Positions 16,477 to 36,828 are shown, counted from the first letter of the stretch. The stretch is 64,000 nucleotides of DNA from the human T2T-CHM13v2.0 reference genome, Homo sapiens (GCF_009914755.1 NC_060926.1); one strand, 5' to 3'. The notes: generated from the sequence alone by a model not told the origin. Numbers and translations are program-made.

Positions 16477-16784
16477 TATTTGGCTAAACTAGTAAGGTAT
16501 GCTAATCATCCCTTATATTTCCTCTTTGTTGCAACTAGCACTATTACTTCTGTTTATCCTTTTGTACTTTGTAGGCTGTGTTTTAGTCAGTCACCTTTAA
16601 TCCTCTCTGGAAAATGAGGAGCATGTGTGAATAAATGAAGCAAGCAGGCAAGCTCTGGGTAGACAGGAACTTTCTGCTTGTTCAGCCACATATCCCCAGC
16701 ATCTTGTACAGTGAAGGACAGAGTGATACCAAAAATACTTAACAATCAGGAAAATACAAAGATACTAATCAGATAGAATTGTGC

Positions 16785-18085
<1,301 letters not shown>

Positions 18086-19427
18086 TGATGGCCTCCAGTA
18101 CCTTTCTCCTTTTCCTCCTTTTAATTACAGCAACCCCCAAGCTTCAGCAGGGCACATAACTGCCTAGCTAGAGACTACATTCCCCAGCCTCCCTTGCAGA
18201 GAAGTGTGTCATGTAACTAAGCTTGGGCCAATGGGATAAGGACAGAAGTGATCCTAGAGCATCTCCTTAAAGCCACTTGCCAGGTATTCCCACTCCACCT
18301 TCCCTTCCCTTCCCTCTGGCTGGCAAATGGTGATGCCTGGAGCAACCTTGTAAGTCATGTGTCATGGACAGCAGAGCTGCCCATCAGCCTGGGATAGCTA
18401 ATATTAGACTGAAAACAGAAAAATAAAATCTTGTTAAGCCACTTAATTTTTTTGTGGAGGGCAGAGAATGATGATGGGGGTATTATACTAAAATAGCACC
18501 TAACTAACCACTGTTCACACCTTCTCCTCTTACCTACCTTCATTTTATATCCAATACATTTGCATGTCCCCCTTATAATCTCTGCTTTTGAATCTGCCAT
18601 TACTGAACTTCCACTATTCCTTACTTAACTGAACTAAATCACATAGCTGAACTCCTTTGAAAGCATGGGCTCTCTTGATGGAATACTGATAGTGCAGTGT
18701 GGGAGAGGGGGGAGTGGATTCAAAGGTCCTGCTTCTCATCCTGGGGGGTGGGGTAGGGCTTAGACAAACACTCAGGTCCACTGACAAAGACCTGCAGCCA
18801 AAAGTAACTCCCTAAAAATAAAATAAAGGCTAATATTAGGACTTGTTTAGTTCCCTGCTTAAGGTCTTATAGCTTCCCCACCGCAAATTTAAAACTCAGT
18901 TAATATAATGAAGGCAACTGGCATCATGGGTAAGAGTGCAGACCCTGGAATCAGAACCAATCTGGGATTCAGCCCCATACCTGCTATTGATATGACCATG
19001 GGCAAATTAACTACTCTGTCTCAGTTTCCTTTCCTGTCAAATGGGGATAATAGGGCCCTCACAGGGTAGCTATGAAAATTCAAGAAAATAGTATGTGTTG
19101 AGTTACTTTGTAGACATACTACTAGAGGACTCACTAAATGTTAGTTCTTTTTTTTGAGACAGGGTCTCGCTCTTTCATTCAGGCTAGAGTGCAGTGGTGT
19201 GATCACGGCTCACTACAACCTCCACCTCAGCACTTCCTGGGCTCAAGTGATGCTCCCACATCAGCCTCCCAAGTAGCTGGGACTACAGGTGCATACCACC
19301 ACACCTGACTAGCTTTTTGTATTTTTAGTAGAGACACGGTTTTGCCATTTGGCCCAGGCTGGTCTCAAACTCCTGGGCTCAAGCAATCTGCCCACCTTGG
19401 CCTCCCAAAGTGCTAAGATTACAGGTG

Positions 19428-19780
19428 TGTATTAGTCCATTTTCACGCTACTGATAAAGACATACCCGAGACTGGGCAATTTACAAAAGAAACAGGTTTA
19501 ATGATTTACAGTTCCACGTGGCTGGGGAGGCCTCACACTCATGGCAGAAGGCAAGGAGGAGCAAGTCACATCTTACATGGATGGCAGCAGGCAAAGAGAG
19601 ACAGATTGGGCAGGGAAAATCCCCCTTATAAAACTGTCAGATCTTGTGAAACTTATTCACTATCACAAGAACAGCACGGAAAGACCTGCCCCCATGATTC
19701 AATTACCTCCCACTGGTCCCTCCCACAACATGTGGGAATTCAAGATGAGATTTGGGTGGGGACACAGCCAAGCCATGTCG
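19428..19780 (-). mobile_element. THE1B-like solo LTR inserted into the head of a minus-strand Alu (~19147-19803)
   Basis: tgtattagtccattttcacgc...gggacacagccaagccatgtcg; TSD aggtg/aggca; the Alu resumes after the LTR. Confidence 0.85.
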
Positions 19781-20205
19781 AGGCATAAGCCACCACACCC
19801 AGCCACTAAGTGTTAGCTGTTATGATAACTCTATGCCTTTCCACATGCAATTCCCTCTGCCTGAAATAACTTTCTCCTTTTGTTCACCTAGGGAATTCCT
19901 TCACATTCATTGTAACTTATGCTCTGTGAGGCCTTCCCAGCAACTCAATCTGCCAGGAGCAATCAATCTCCTTCATCTGTGCTACTGCAAAGTCACATAT
20001 ATCAATTCTACTTATCATAGTATATTGCACTTGGGTGTTTAAATTTCTGACCCTCCTCACTATGGACATGACTCATGTCTTATTCACTGCTAAATCCCAA
20101 GTACTTGGCAGAATACACATTATAGGGTCTCATACATGTTTGCAATAATGAACTGAATACATCCTTGAATTCACTCTAGAATCAAATGACCTCTCCTCTG
20201 TATTA

Positions 20206-20549
<344 letters not shown>

Positions 20550-21217
20550 TTATGTCATTCTTTCTATAAAAAGAATTGTCCTAGCAAATTAAATCGATGC
20601 ATAATTGTCATTGCTGATATTCTAAAAGGCAGTTATCTGAACATGAACATCTATAGAAATGTTCTCTAATGGACTTTTCTTGTCTAACATTTCTTCACAT
20701 TCCTTTAAAAATTGTTGGCAGGTGCAATTCAGAAGATCTTAAAAATTACAGTAATTGAAAATGTATTGACTTTGTAATAACGAAGAAGTTATTAGCATTT
20801 TAAAGAGAGAAAAGAGTTATAAAGAATACTTAGCATGTACACTGAAAGCTTTAAAGTCTTTTCATTTGTTTCTCCTAATTGCCTTATGACAGTGAAAACA
20901 GCTGTATTCCTGTTACATGGGAGGTCAAACATGATCAATTCTAAAGCAGACTCTACATTGTGGCTAACTTTGGTGGCACTTACAGTGGTCACTGAATCCA
21001 GACTTCAAAAAAATACATTAATATTATATGTTAGAATTTTCTAAAGGGAAAAGAAATGTATGTAAGGATCCACCTTTGAGGAGGATGAATATTATCATTC
21101 TCCTTAAAGAACTTTACAAAAGTTTCTAATGACAGTGACCATAAATAGACTTAAAAAGTAGAAGACATTTTTTAAAAGAGAGATTTAAAATACCAGGCAT
21201 TAAAATAATTAAAATAC

Positions 21218-21555
21218 CTCGATGCAGATGTGATGCATTCCTCCAGCCTTGTTTTTCTGCAGAAAACCTGCAATTGGACTGTCACGTCCCAATGGATGAA
21301 GCAGTTCCATCTTGGTATTTCCCAGGTTGACAAAAACAACAGATACTCCATGTTCAGGAAGAGGGACCACTTCACTTACCTGGGCCCCCAGAATATTCTT
21401 ATAAAATGCTGCAGCCTTTTCCAAATCTGGCACTGCTATGGCTACATGGTTGAGTCGACCCAGGTTCCACACAGAACCTGTCACTTGATCCAAGGGCTGT
21501 GATGTGGAAGAAGCTCTTACTGTTGGAATGGGAGCTTGAAGTCTGGAAAAAAGCC
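21218..21555 (-). CDS. MCEE: MCEE coding exon 2 (c.41-378; ...LGRLNHVAIAVPDL...GGMHHICIE)
   Basis: tttttcag acceptor, GAG|gtattt donor, 338 nt, phases match exons 1 and 3; contains the NHVAIAV and HHICIE metal-binding motifs. Confidence 0.98.
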
Positions 21556-22021
21556 CTGAAAAATTGAACAGCCATTGATATCCTTCTTTTGAGAATTAAC
21601 GCACTTCTAAATTGAATTTTAAAAACTAAACAAATAATGCATGCAAAAATTCATTATTTATATATCTGTTCTTTTTAATTATTGAAATGAAACCAGGAGA
21701 TAAATGGAAAAACTTAACATCAGAATTACTCTGCTCTGCCCATTCAAATAACTGACTGGAATAAAAAAGCTAATTCTGAGCTGCAGTTAGATTTAAAACA
21801 CAGGATAACATTTTTTCATAACAATTCATATTTACTGGTAACACTTAAATAGTGGCATATTAAGCATTACTTGCTATTCTCTGCATTTCACAATGAAACA
21901 ACATATATTTAATAAGAGCAAGCAATTTCTCTACCTGTACCCAATTTTTTGTCTTATATTTTGTAATAAGTTCATTAAAGGTATAAATATACATTAAAAG
22001 AGTACATACAGTACTCTTTAA

Positions 22022-22680
<659 letters not shown>

Positions 22681-22994
22681 GTTTTTAGCATTTTTAAAAT
22701 TCACTGTCGCTGTGTCCTCATCAGATAGTTTCTTGATCTCCACAGATAACTCTGCATTCCATTCATTTAGCAAACAGTCATTGCATGTCATTAACAACAA
22801 GAATGGCCTGAATTTACTGTGCACCTACTGTCTGGCACTGTATTTATTTTTTTACACCAACTATCTAATATTCACAACAAACCAAGTTAGAAACTTAGTA
22901 AGTTTCATTGTTATCATGAAATCCAAGTGGATTACAACCGAGTACACATATACATAAATGTACAATTGAAACTAAATTGCAAAAAAAGAATACC

Positions 22995-24962
<1,968 letters not shown>

Positions 24963-25560
24963 GAACATAAGTCTGAATTTTCACTGAATATCTGGTTTGA
25001 GGAAACATACGTATTTAGAAAGTCATTCATTAGAAGTGCTTTCAAGTTAGTCTGGTAAGTTTTCTCTTAAACATTTGACCAGTTAATTTCACAGCACCAT
25101 ATATATATCTTCAACTTGTTTCAAACTATGATCAATTTTTTTTATTCATTACAGTAAGTAAACAGATTACATTTCTGTTAGCCCATTTACAGACGATTAA
25201 TGAAAGTAAACCTATGCAGTCATGTAAGTTGGTCATTCTTGTCTCCCACCTAACAGGTTCAATTTCCATTTTCAGAACTTTTCTACGTGTTCACTCTGAT
25301 TTTTCTGTGCTTTTGTTTTTCGGCGAAGTTTTATGTTCCTTAAAAGAGGGGCCATAACATAGAATTACCATGTAATCCAGCAATTCCACTTATGAGTATA
25401 CACACCCCCAAAGAAGCGGGAATTCAGAAGTATTTGTACACCCACGTTCATAGCTGTATTACAATAGCCAAAAGGTGGGGATAACCCAAATGTCTATCAA
25501 GAGACGAATGGATAAACAAAATGTGGTATACACACACAATGGAATATTATTCAGTCTTAA

Positions 25561-26037
<477 letters not shown>

Positions 26038-27219
26038 GGTAAATTTTACTTTATGTATATTCAACCACACACACACACACACAAGTGGAGACATTAAGCT
26101 TCAAGTATCTTAATAGGACAAATCAAAGGCAATCTTTGGAATACACTGTCTTCATTTTTCCTTTATGCCAAGATGTGTATGTAAGTACAAAACAAACATG
26201 CACCTTTATCTGTATTGAGTTCTTGCAGTATGTATATGACCTGTTGGAAGTCATACTTTTTCCCAAACTGTCAATCATTAAAGTGTGCAGTTCTAAAAAT
26301 AGACATAAAAATGCCTTTTCCCAAATATTCATTTATTTATAGTTTTACGTTCCTATCTTGTGTATCACCTAAGAGGAAGGTATGCCTTACGGTTAAGAAT
26401 GTGGGCTCTGGTGCTAGAAGGATTTATCACGAATGTCCCGGAGTAACTCTGGGGCATTACCACTTGGCACCTTCTTCCTAATAGGGAATCTCAGATTAAG
26501 GGAAATACTTGCCCTCTCATAAAAGGAGGAAGAGAAAAAAAAAAAAAGGATAAAAAGAGGAGAAAGTGAGTCAGAAAACGTGACAATTATTACAGTTATT
26601 TCTGTCATAACTGATTCTATGTACATATTTTAAAAAAAATGAAGGGGGAGAGAACTCAAGAAAGTTTCCAAATCCACATGCTTTTATCTGTGTACGCGAT
26701 AAATATATTAGTGCACGTGGAAAAACCACTCCTTTTGTATTCTTTACACCACTGACCTTTGAGTGTTCCCAACAGAAAGCTGGTCACGCTTGGAGTTCGG
26801 CCGACTAGTAGTTGTTGTTTTTACGGAACGTGCTCTCCTTTCTGGTTTCTCCCCAGTCTCTTTATTGGTGCGCGGTAAAATAACTTACCGATCCGCTTCT
26901 ATTTACTTCTGTCCCTGCCCTGCCTGACCTGCCGGGCAAGTTCCCTCGACTCTCCCGCCCACATACTGGAAGGTGCAGAGCCCAAGGCGCACAGCTCTCG
27001 GATGGAAATGGGACTCATGCACAAGGCAATCCCCGCTACTAAGCGGTGGCGCTTCTGGAAGGCACCCTCTGCCTAAGTGACAGCAGCTGCTGTGGAACGC
27101 GCCCCCGGGGGAGGACATTAGATCAAGGTGCTTTGGCCACGCCGAGGCCTCCTCCGCCCCCGACCGCCGTTCCCACGCTCCCTGTCCCATGGCGAAGGTC
27201 GCCGGTGCCCGGTATTCAC

Positions 27220-27259
27220 CTACGGCATTCGCGGCTGCAGCCTTCAGCACCCGCGCCAT
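27220..27259 (-). CDS. MCEE: MCEE coding exon 1 (MARVLKAAAANAV-G; start of the mitochondrial targeting peptide)
   Basis: AAAATGG Kozak context at 27259, G|gtgaat donor, 40 nt, phase 1 joins exon 2. Confidence 0.97.
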
Positions 27260-27705
27260 TTTGGAAAGCAACCCGCCACGTCAAGACTAGCCACGGAGGT
27301 TGAGAGACGCGCGGCAGAGGGCGGGGAGGGAGGCAGAGGGGGCGGGGACAGAAAGGTCAGGGGCGTGGCGAAGGTCGCTGCTTTCCTGCTACAACGGGCC
27401 TACTTTAGCTAAAACAGAAACGTAAGGCCAGGACGGGTCACCCTTTGTGGGCCCCTGAAAAATACAAAACGAAGTTTGGAGAGAGTTGAAAGGCGTTTGG
27501 GCTGACCATGGAGATTTTTGTTTCCCACCCTCCTGCGAAAGCGTTCGCGCTGCCATTGGCTCTGGCTGAGGGCGAGTCCGGAACCTGTGCGCCGCGGAAC
27601 TTTCGGCTCTGAAATCCAAGTTGCGCTGGGCGCATCTTTGCCGCGCGGTTTCCGGGCGGCTCCCTTCCCTTGCATGCTGCATTGTGTCGGGAGTTGCTGA
27701 CAGCC

Positions 27706-27794
27706 ATGGCGCCGCAGGTCTGGCGTCGACGGACCCTGGAGCGGTGTCTGACGGAAGTCGGCAAAGCCACGGGTCGGCCCGAGTGCTTCCTCAC
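27706..27794 (+). CDS. MPHOSPH10: MPHOSPH10 coding exon 1 (MAPQVWRRRTLERCL...)
   Basis: gccATGG Kozak context; AC|gtaagt donor; 89 nt. Confidence 0.97.
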
Positions 27795-28541
27795 GTAAGT
27801 GCGCAGATCCCGGGCTCGGGGTGCGACCGGGGTCTCACGTGGACGCGGGTTGCAGGCCTCCGGCAAATTGTGGAGCTGGGGGAAGGTAAGGGGAAACGTA
27901 AAATCGCTTTTCCCCAAATTTCAGAGTTTATGCTTTCCTAGGCTATCAAAATTTTAAAAACTGTTAAAATTTGTATAGATGGATCTCTCAGTTGAGTGTT
28001 ACTGAAATCACTCTAACCTCAATTGTTAACACCTAGAAGCTTCCCTTGGGCTTCTTACGCCCCCATCCCTCTACACACAGACTGTTGGTTTCTCCTTCCT
28101 CCTATGTGCTCTCAAAGCACTTAGCGCTTAGCATACTTTATTGAAAGTACGAACTTGTCACTTGTCTGTCCACCCCCCATGACTAAGCTTCTTCAGAAAT
28201 AGAACTTCCATGTCTCTTCCCAACACAAGCGTTTTATATGTATTTTGTTGAAGAATTTAAAATGTGATCTATGAAATTATTACTCATTTATGTTTCAAAC
28301 CCCAACCTTTCCCTGAGTTCCCAGCTCACAGCAACTACAGACTGAGCTTAGTTTGAATTCCGTAGCACACAACTGGGATATCCACACTGTACAACTTTTA
28401 ACGATTTTTAAAATTTTGGTACTGTCAAGCATCTCAAATTCACTGCGTCCAAAATAGAGCTGTTGTGTCTGTTTAATAGAATTGTTGTTTCTACCCACCT
28501 ATACTCTGCCATCCCCTGAAGTCCTTTTCCCATGCTACACC

Positions 28542-29012
28542 TGTCAAGCGCGTCTGTGTGAAGAGACCACTAAAACAGGCTTTGTGTGAGCAACAAGGCT
28601 GTTTATTCACTTGGGTGCAAGTGGGCTGAGTCCGAAAAGAGAGTCAACTAATGGTGATGGGGAAGGGGTTGCTTTATAGGAGTTGGGTAGGTAATGGAAA
28701 ATTACAGTAAAAGGTGGTTATCTATTAGCAGAGGAGGACGGGGTCACAAGGTACATGGTGGGGAGATCATAAGACTTATTGTCCAGAAGAAGAATGTCAC
28801 AAGGTCGATTGATCAGTTAAGGTAGGGCAGGGACAAGTCACAATGGAGGAATGTTGTAATGTTGATTAATCAATTAAGGCAGGAACTGGCTGTTTTATTT
28901 CTTTTGTGGTTTTTCGGCTGCCCCAGACTTCTTGGCTCCTGCAGGCCATCTGGACATATATGTGCAGGTCACAGGGGTTACAATGGCTGAGCTTCAGCTC
29001 AGAGGCCTGACA
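28542..29012 (-). mobile_element. HERV-H solo LTR (LTR7C-like) in MPHOSPH10 intron 1
   Basis: Reverse complement begins TGTCAGGCCTCTGAGC and ends TGACA; flanks acacc/ccacc (5-bp TSD, 1 mismatch); clearly homologous to the LTRs at 54831 and 62230. Confidence 0.88.
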
Positions 29013-29937
29013 CCACCACCCAAGCCTTCCCTATCTCAGTAAATGGCACTTCTGTCTTTTCAGGTACTCAAACATAAAACTAGGCTGCTACTTTAATGTC
29101 TTCATTTTTCTCTATTCTATATCTAATTCTTTAGCAATCCTGTCAGTTCTACCTCCAAACTATACTCAGCATATTCACTGCTCTAACTCCAGTCTAAATC
29201 ACCATTATCCTTTCGCTGGAATGCTGCATCAACCTTCTAATCACTGTACTTTCCTCCTCCTCCCTCGTCCCTTTCTCCTTCCTTCGTGTAAATCATCATT
29301 TCATCCCTCTGCTTAAAATGTTTTCTCTTTACACTTTAAATGACAAATTCTTACTCCTGAACCATGCATAATTTGGCTCCCATCAGTCTCTCCAGCTTCA
29401 CCCTCTGCCTCCTTCACACTCTAGCCATGGTCACCTGTTTGTTTCCTCAAGCTCACCTCTAGAGGATTTGCATCTTAGAGGATTTCTTCTGCCTGGAATA
29501 CATGTTTCCCAACCTTTATAAGACTATCTCCTTATCTGTAGGTTTCCTCTCAGATGTGACATCTAAGAGAGGTTTTCCTTGACCACTGTAGCCAAAGCAA
29601 ATGTTGATCATTGAATGAATAAGTGAACAAATGAATGGAGTGGTATATAATGTAGCAGAATTGATAATTTAAGGTTAATTCACTATATATCTCCAAGCAA
29701 ATAGATTTATAATGGTTTTCCTGCCTAAAATCTATACAGCCGATTCACAGATACTTGGTTGACAGGTTTTATATATCAGTGTAGCTCATCAGCTTATATG
29801 TTGTTGGGGGCCAGAATCTATACTTATACTTCATTCAAATTTTATTTTACAAAAGAGTTGGGTTTTTTTTATTTTTATTAAGAGTGCTGTGAAATTATTA
29901 CCTGTAATTCTAAATCTCACTTAATTCCTCCCAATAG

Positions 29938-30616
29938 GATTCAAGAGGGATTGGCATCAAAGTTCACTTCTTTAACAAAAGTGCTTTATGACTTTAATAA
30001 AATATTAGAGAATGGTAGGATCCATGGAAGCCCCTTGCAAAAACTTGTGATAGAAAATTTTGATGATGAGCAGATTTGGCAACAACTGGAATTGCAAAAT
30101 GAACCAATTTTACAATACTTTCAGAATGCAGTTAGTGAAACAATTAATGATGAAGATATCAGTCTTCTCCCAGAGAGTGAAGAACAGGAACGTGAAGAGG
30201 ATGGTTCAGAGATAGAGGCTGATGACAAGGAGGACCTAGAAGATTTAGAGGAGGAGGAAGTGTCCGACATGGGTAATGATGATCCTGAAATGGGTGAGAG
30301 AGCTGAAAACTCAAGCAAATCTGATCTGAGGAAAAGCCCCGTTTTCAGTGATGAGGATTCTGACCTTGACTTTGATATCAGCAAATTGGAACAGCAGAGC
30401 AAGGTGCAAAACAAAGGACAGGGAAAACCAAGAGAAAAGTCCATAGTAGATGATAAATTCTTCAAACTCTCTGAAATGGAGGCCTATTTAGAAAACATAG
30501 AAAAAGAAGAGGAACGAAAAGATGATAATGATGAGGAGGAGGAAGATATTGATTTTTTTGAAGATATTGATTCTGATGAAGATGAAGGGGGACTGTTTGG
30601 AAGTAAAAAACTTAAG
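29938..30616 (+). CDS. MPHOSPH10: MPHOSPH10 exon 2 (acidic N-terminal region, FDDEQIWQQLELQN, DDKFFKLSEME)
   Basis: ag acceptor at 29936-29937, AAG|gtaaag donor, 679 nt; ORF 29951..30628. Confidence 0.98.
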
Positions 30617-30990
30617 GTAAAGTTTTGAGAGAGGAGAGAGCACTTTCCTCCTCCTCAAATTAGCTTTTCTTCTGTTTTTCTAGGAGAGATTTAATTGTAG
30701 TTAGAAGATTTAGTGATAAGAAATATTGTGCTCTATCTTATCAGTTATAAATGAATCTGTACTTCCATTCAATTTATGTTCCAGTTGGTCTTATAATTTT
30801 GTGGTAGTGTTATTAGTTGCCATTTTCACCTAATAATTATTTAGTTATTAGTTTGGTTATTAGTTATTAGCTTGTAGTGTTATTAAGTCAGAAAGTAATA
30901 TATACATACAATATACATGCAAATCTATATGCATGTGTTAATATATTTTTCTATCCCTAATTAATAGTTTTTAATATCTTTTTATTTTAG

Positions 30991-31148
30991 TCAGGTAAAA
31001 GTTCCAGAAATCTGAAATACAAAGATTTTTTTGATCCAGTTGAAAGTGATGAAGACATAACAAATGTTCATGATGATGAGCTGGATTCAAACAAAGAAGA
31101 TGATGAAATTGCTGAAGAAGAAGCAGAAGAACTAAGTATTTCGGAAAC
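30991..31148 (+). CDS. MPHOSPH10: MPHOSPH10 exon 3 (SGKSSRNLKYKDFFDP...)
   Basis: ttttag acceptor, AC|gtgagt donor, 158 nt, phase consistent. Confidence 0.96.
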
Positions 31149-31668
31149 GTGAGTATTTTGAACCATCCTTTACATTGTAAGCTGGAATTGCCCAATCATG
31201 TGTGTGTACTCGTAGTTATCAAATGTGTTTGTCTTAGCAAGTTCTATTCTCTAATATCAGATATTCTCAAGATAGCCAGAGGAAAGTCTCTGACTGTAAA
31301 GGGACATTAGAGATCACTTAATGAAGAAAAATATCTCTGGTAGTAGCAATCAAACCTTCCTTACCAGGAACTTTGATTTGGTTTTGTGTCAATAAAATCC
31401 TGTTATTTTTGTGAGATAAGAGATTTGTATTATAGATTGATGAATAATTTATTTTCTATATGTTGGACACTTTTTTTTCTGTTTCTTACATAGCGTTTTA
31501 CCTAAATAATACCTTTTGTTCCTTAATAACTGAATGATTTTGGAAGTTCTGAGTATTTGGTTGCATTAGGTATATAAAATAAGAACTTTATTAAGGGAAA
31601 ATTTGTTTCCTTTTGTTTTTCTAATGGAAAGTAGTATATTTCTTTTTATAAGAGTTTTGGTATTGTAG

Positions 31669-31840
31669 GGATGAAGATGATGACCTTCAAGAAAATGAAG
31701 ACAATAAACAACATAAAGAAAGCTTGAAAAGAGTGACCTTTGCTTTACCAGATGATGCGGAAACTGAAGATACAGGTGTTTTAAATGTAAAGAAAAATTC
31801 TGATGAAGTTAAATCCTCCTTTGAAAAAAGACAGGAAAAG
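31669..31840 (+). CDS. MPHOSPH10: MPHOSPH10 exon 4 (...KRVTFALPDD...SSFEKRQEK)
   Basis: ttgtag acceptor, AAG|gtaatt donor, 172 nt; contains a KRVTF (RVxF-type PP1 docking) motif. Confidence 0.96.
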
Positions 31841-31927
31841 GTAATTAGTAATTTAAGGAATTTTTAATATACTTGATATTAACCATCCTTTGAAAACTAT
31901 TAACCATCCTTTGAAAACAAATATCTT

Positions 31928-35167
<3,240 letters not shown>

Positions 35168-35523
35168 TCAAAAGGGTCAGACTCCATCAGATACTAATAT
35201 TCTAATCAAAGAATTACTTGACTTGCGAATAGATAGATCACTTGAATAGAATAGAGCCCAGAAACAAACTCAAAAGCTTCTGGGGGCGTTTAGTATATTA
35301 TAAACATGGCATTTTAAATTAATCAGGAAAAGAAATTGTTTGCAGCTCACCCCACCATAGGCAGCAGAAATAGGAAGTCATCGACAGAATAAAAAGATGG
35401 CAAGAACAGAATCGTAGAACAGTACGTTTCTTGCTTTCCCACTTTTTAAATTATTTTTTGCTTTTACACAAATATAAGATTTTATTTTCTAAATGTATAC
35501 TAGTTATTTTATCTCTTTCTTAG

Positions 35524-35665
35524 ATGAATGAAAAAATTGCATCTTTAGAAAAAGAGTTGTTAGAAAAAAAGCCGTGGCAGCTTCAGGGGGAAGTGACAGC
35601 ACAGAAGAGGCCAGAGAACAGCCTCCTGGAGGAGACCCTACACTTTGACCATGCTGTCCGGATGG
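35524..35665 (+). CDS. MPHOSPH10: MPHOSPH10 exon 5 (MNEKIASLE...KPWQLQGEVTAQKRPENSLLEE...)
   Basis: tag acceptor, G|gtatgg donor, 142 nt; conserved Mpp10 W-x-L-x-GE...RP-x-NSLLEE motif. Confidence 0.97.
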
Positions 35666-35764
35666 GTATGGTGCCCTCTTCTGTAGTTTTCATGTCTGTG
35701 CTTTTTCCATGGTTCCATTTCATACAAAGATTTGGGGTGGTGTTTCTTTTCCCTCAACTTTTTA

Positions 35765-36133
<369 letters not shown>

Positions 36134-36828
36134 CTATATGCTATTCAATTGGATTCACCAGTTACCATTTTGTTATATTTGCTTTCTCTCCCTAGCATAT
36201 GTAAGATTGTATATGTGCCCTTTTTTTAAGTAAGTTGCCAATCTCATGGCACTTCACTTTTAAGTACTTTTGCAGATATCGTCTAAGAACTAGGACATTC
36301 TCCTATGTAATCACAGTACCATTAATCCACCCAAAAAATTTAACAATACGCTAATGATACCTAATGTATAGTTTGTAATCAGCTTTCTTGTAGTAATCTG
36401 TTTTGAAGGCTTGCATCCTGTCATGGTCCACTGATTAAATTTTGAACTTCAACCTGAAACTGTGGTCATCTCATTGACTTCTTTCTTGTACCCATTACAT
36501 CAAAATGAGTTTTCATTTTATTTCAATGGAAGAGAGAATGGAAAAGAGGGGAAGAGTCCCTGGGTACCTTGGGTAAAGTATTAGCACTTACTACCATATG
36601 TATCCTAGTTTTGTGGTTTTCAAACTTCAGGGAGCATCACAAGGCTTGTTAAAGCACAGATAGCTGTCCCTCTTCCCCACTTTCTGATTCAGGAAGTATG
36701 GGGGTGGCCCAGGAATTTGCATTTCTAACAAGTTCCCACGTGTTGCTGATGCTGTGGGTCCAAGGACTGCACTGAATCAATGGTCTAGTGGATATCTACC
36801 TAATGAATAAACGTTGTATATCCTTTAG

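Larger units (their letters stand above)
26850..27900. promoter_or_regulatory. CpG-island bidirectional promoter of MCEE and MPHOSPH10
   Basis: High CpG density; divergent ATGs at 27259(-) and 27706(+); GC boxes at 27319-27326 and 27339-27347, KLF-type ggggcgtggc at 27360-27369, YY1-type GCCATTTT over the MCEE ATG, ETS-type CGGAAGT at 27752-27758. Confidence 0.9.

Noticed and set aside
30121-30465. Ser-rich antisense ORF
   Set aside because: Mirror of the acidic GAA/GAT codons of MPHOSPH10 exon 2
30985-31000. ttttagTCAG|GTAAAA: alternative acceptor or recursive-splice-like site at exon 3
   Set aside because: The 4-nt shift breaks the frame, the donor is weak and the intron is short; unsupported without RNA data
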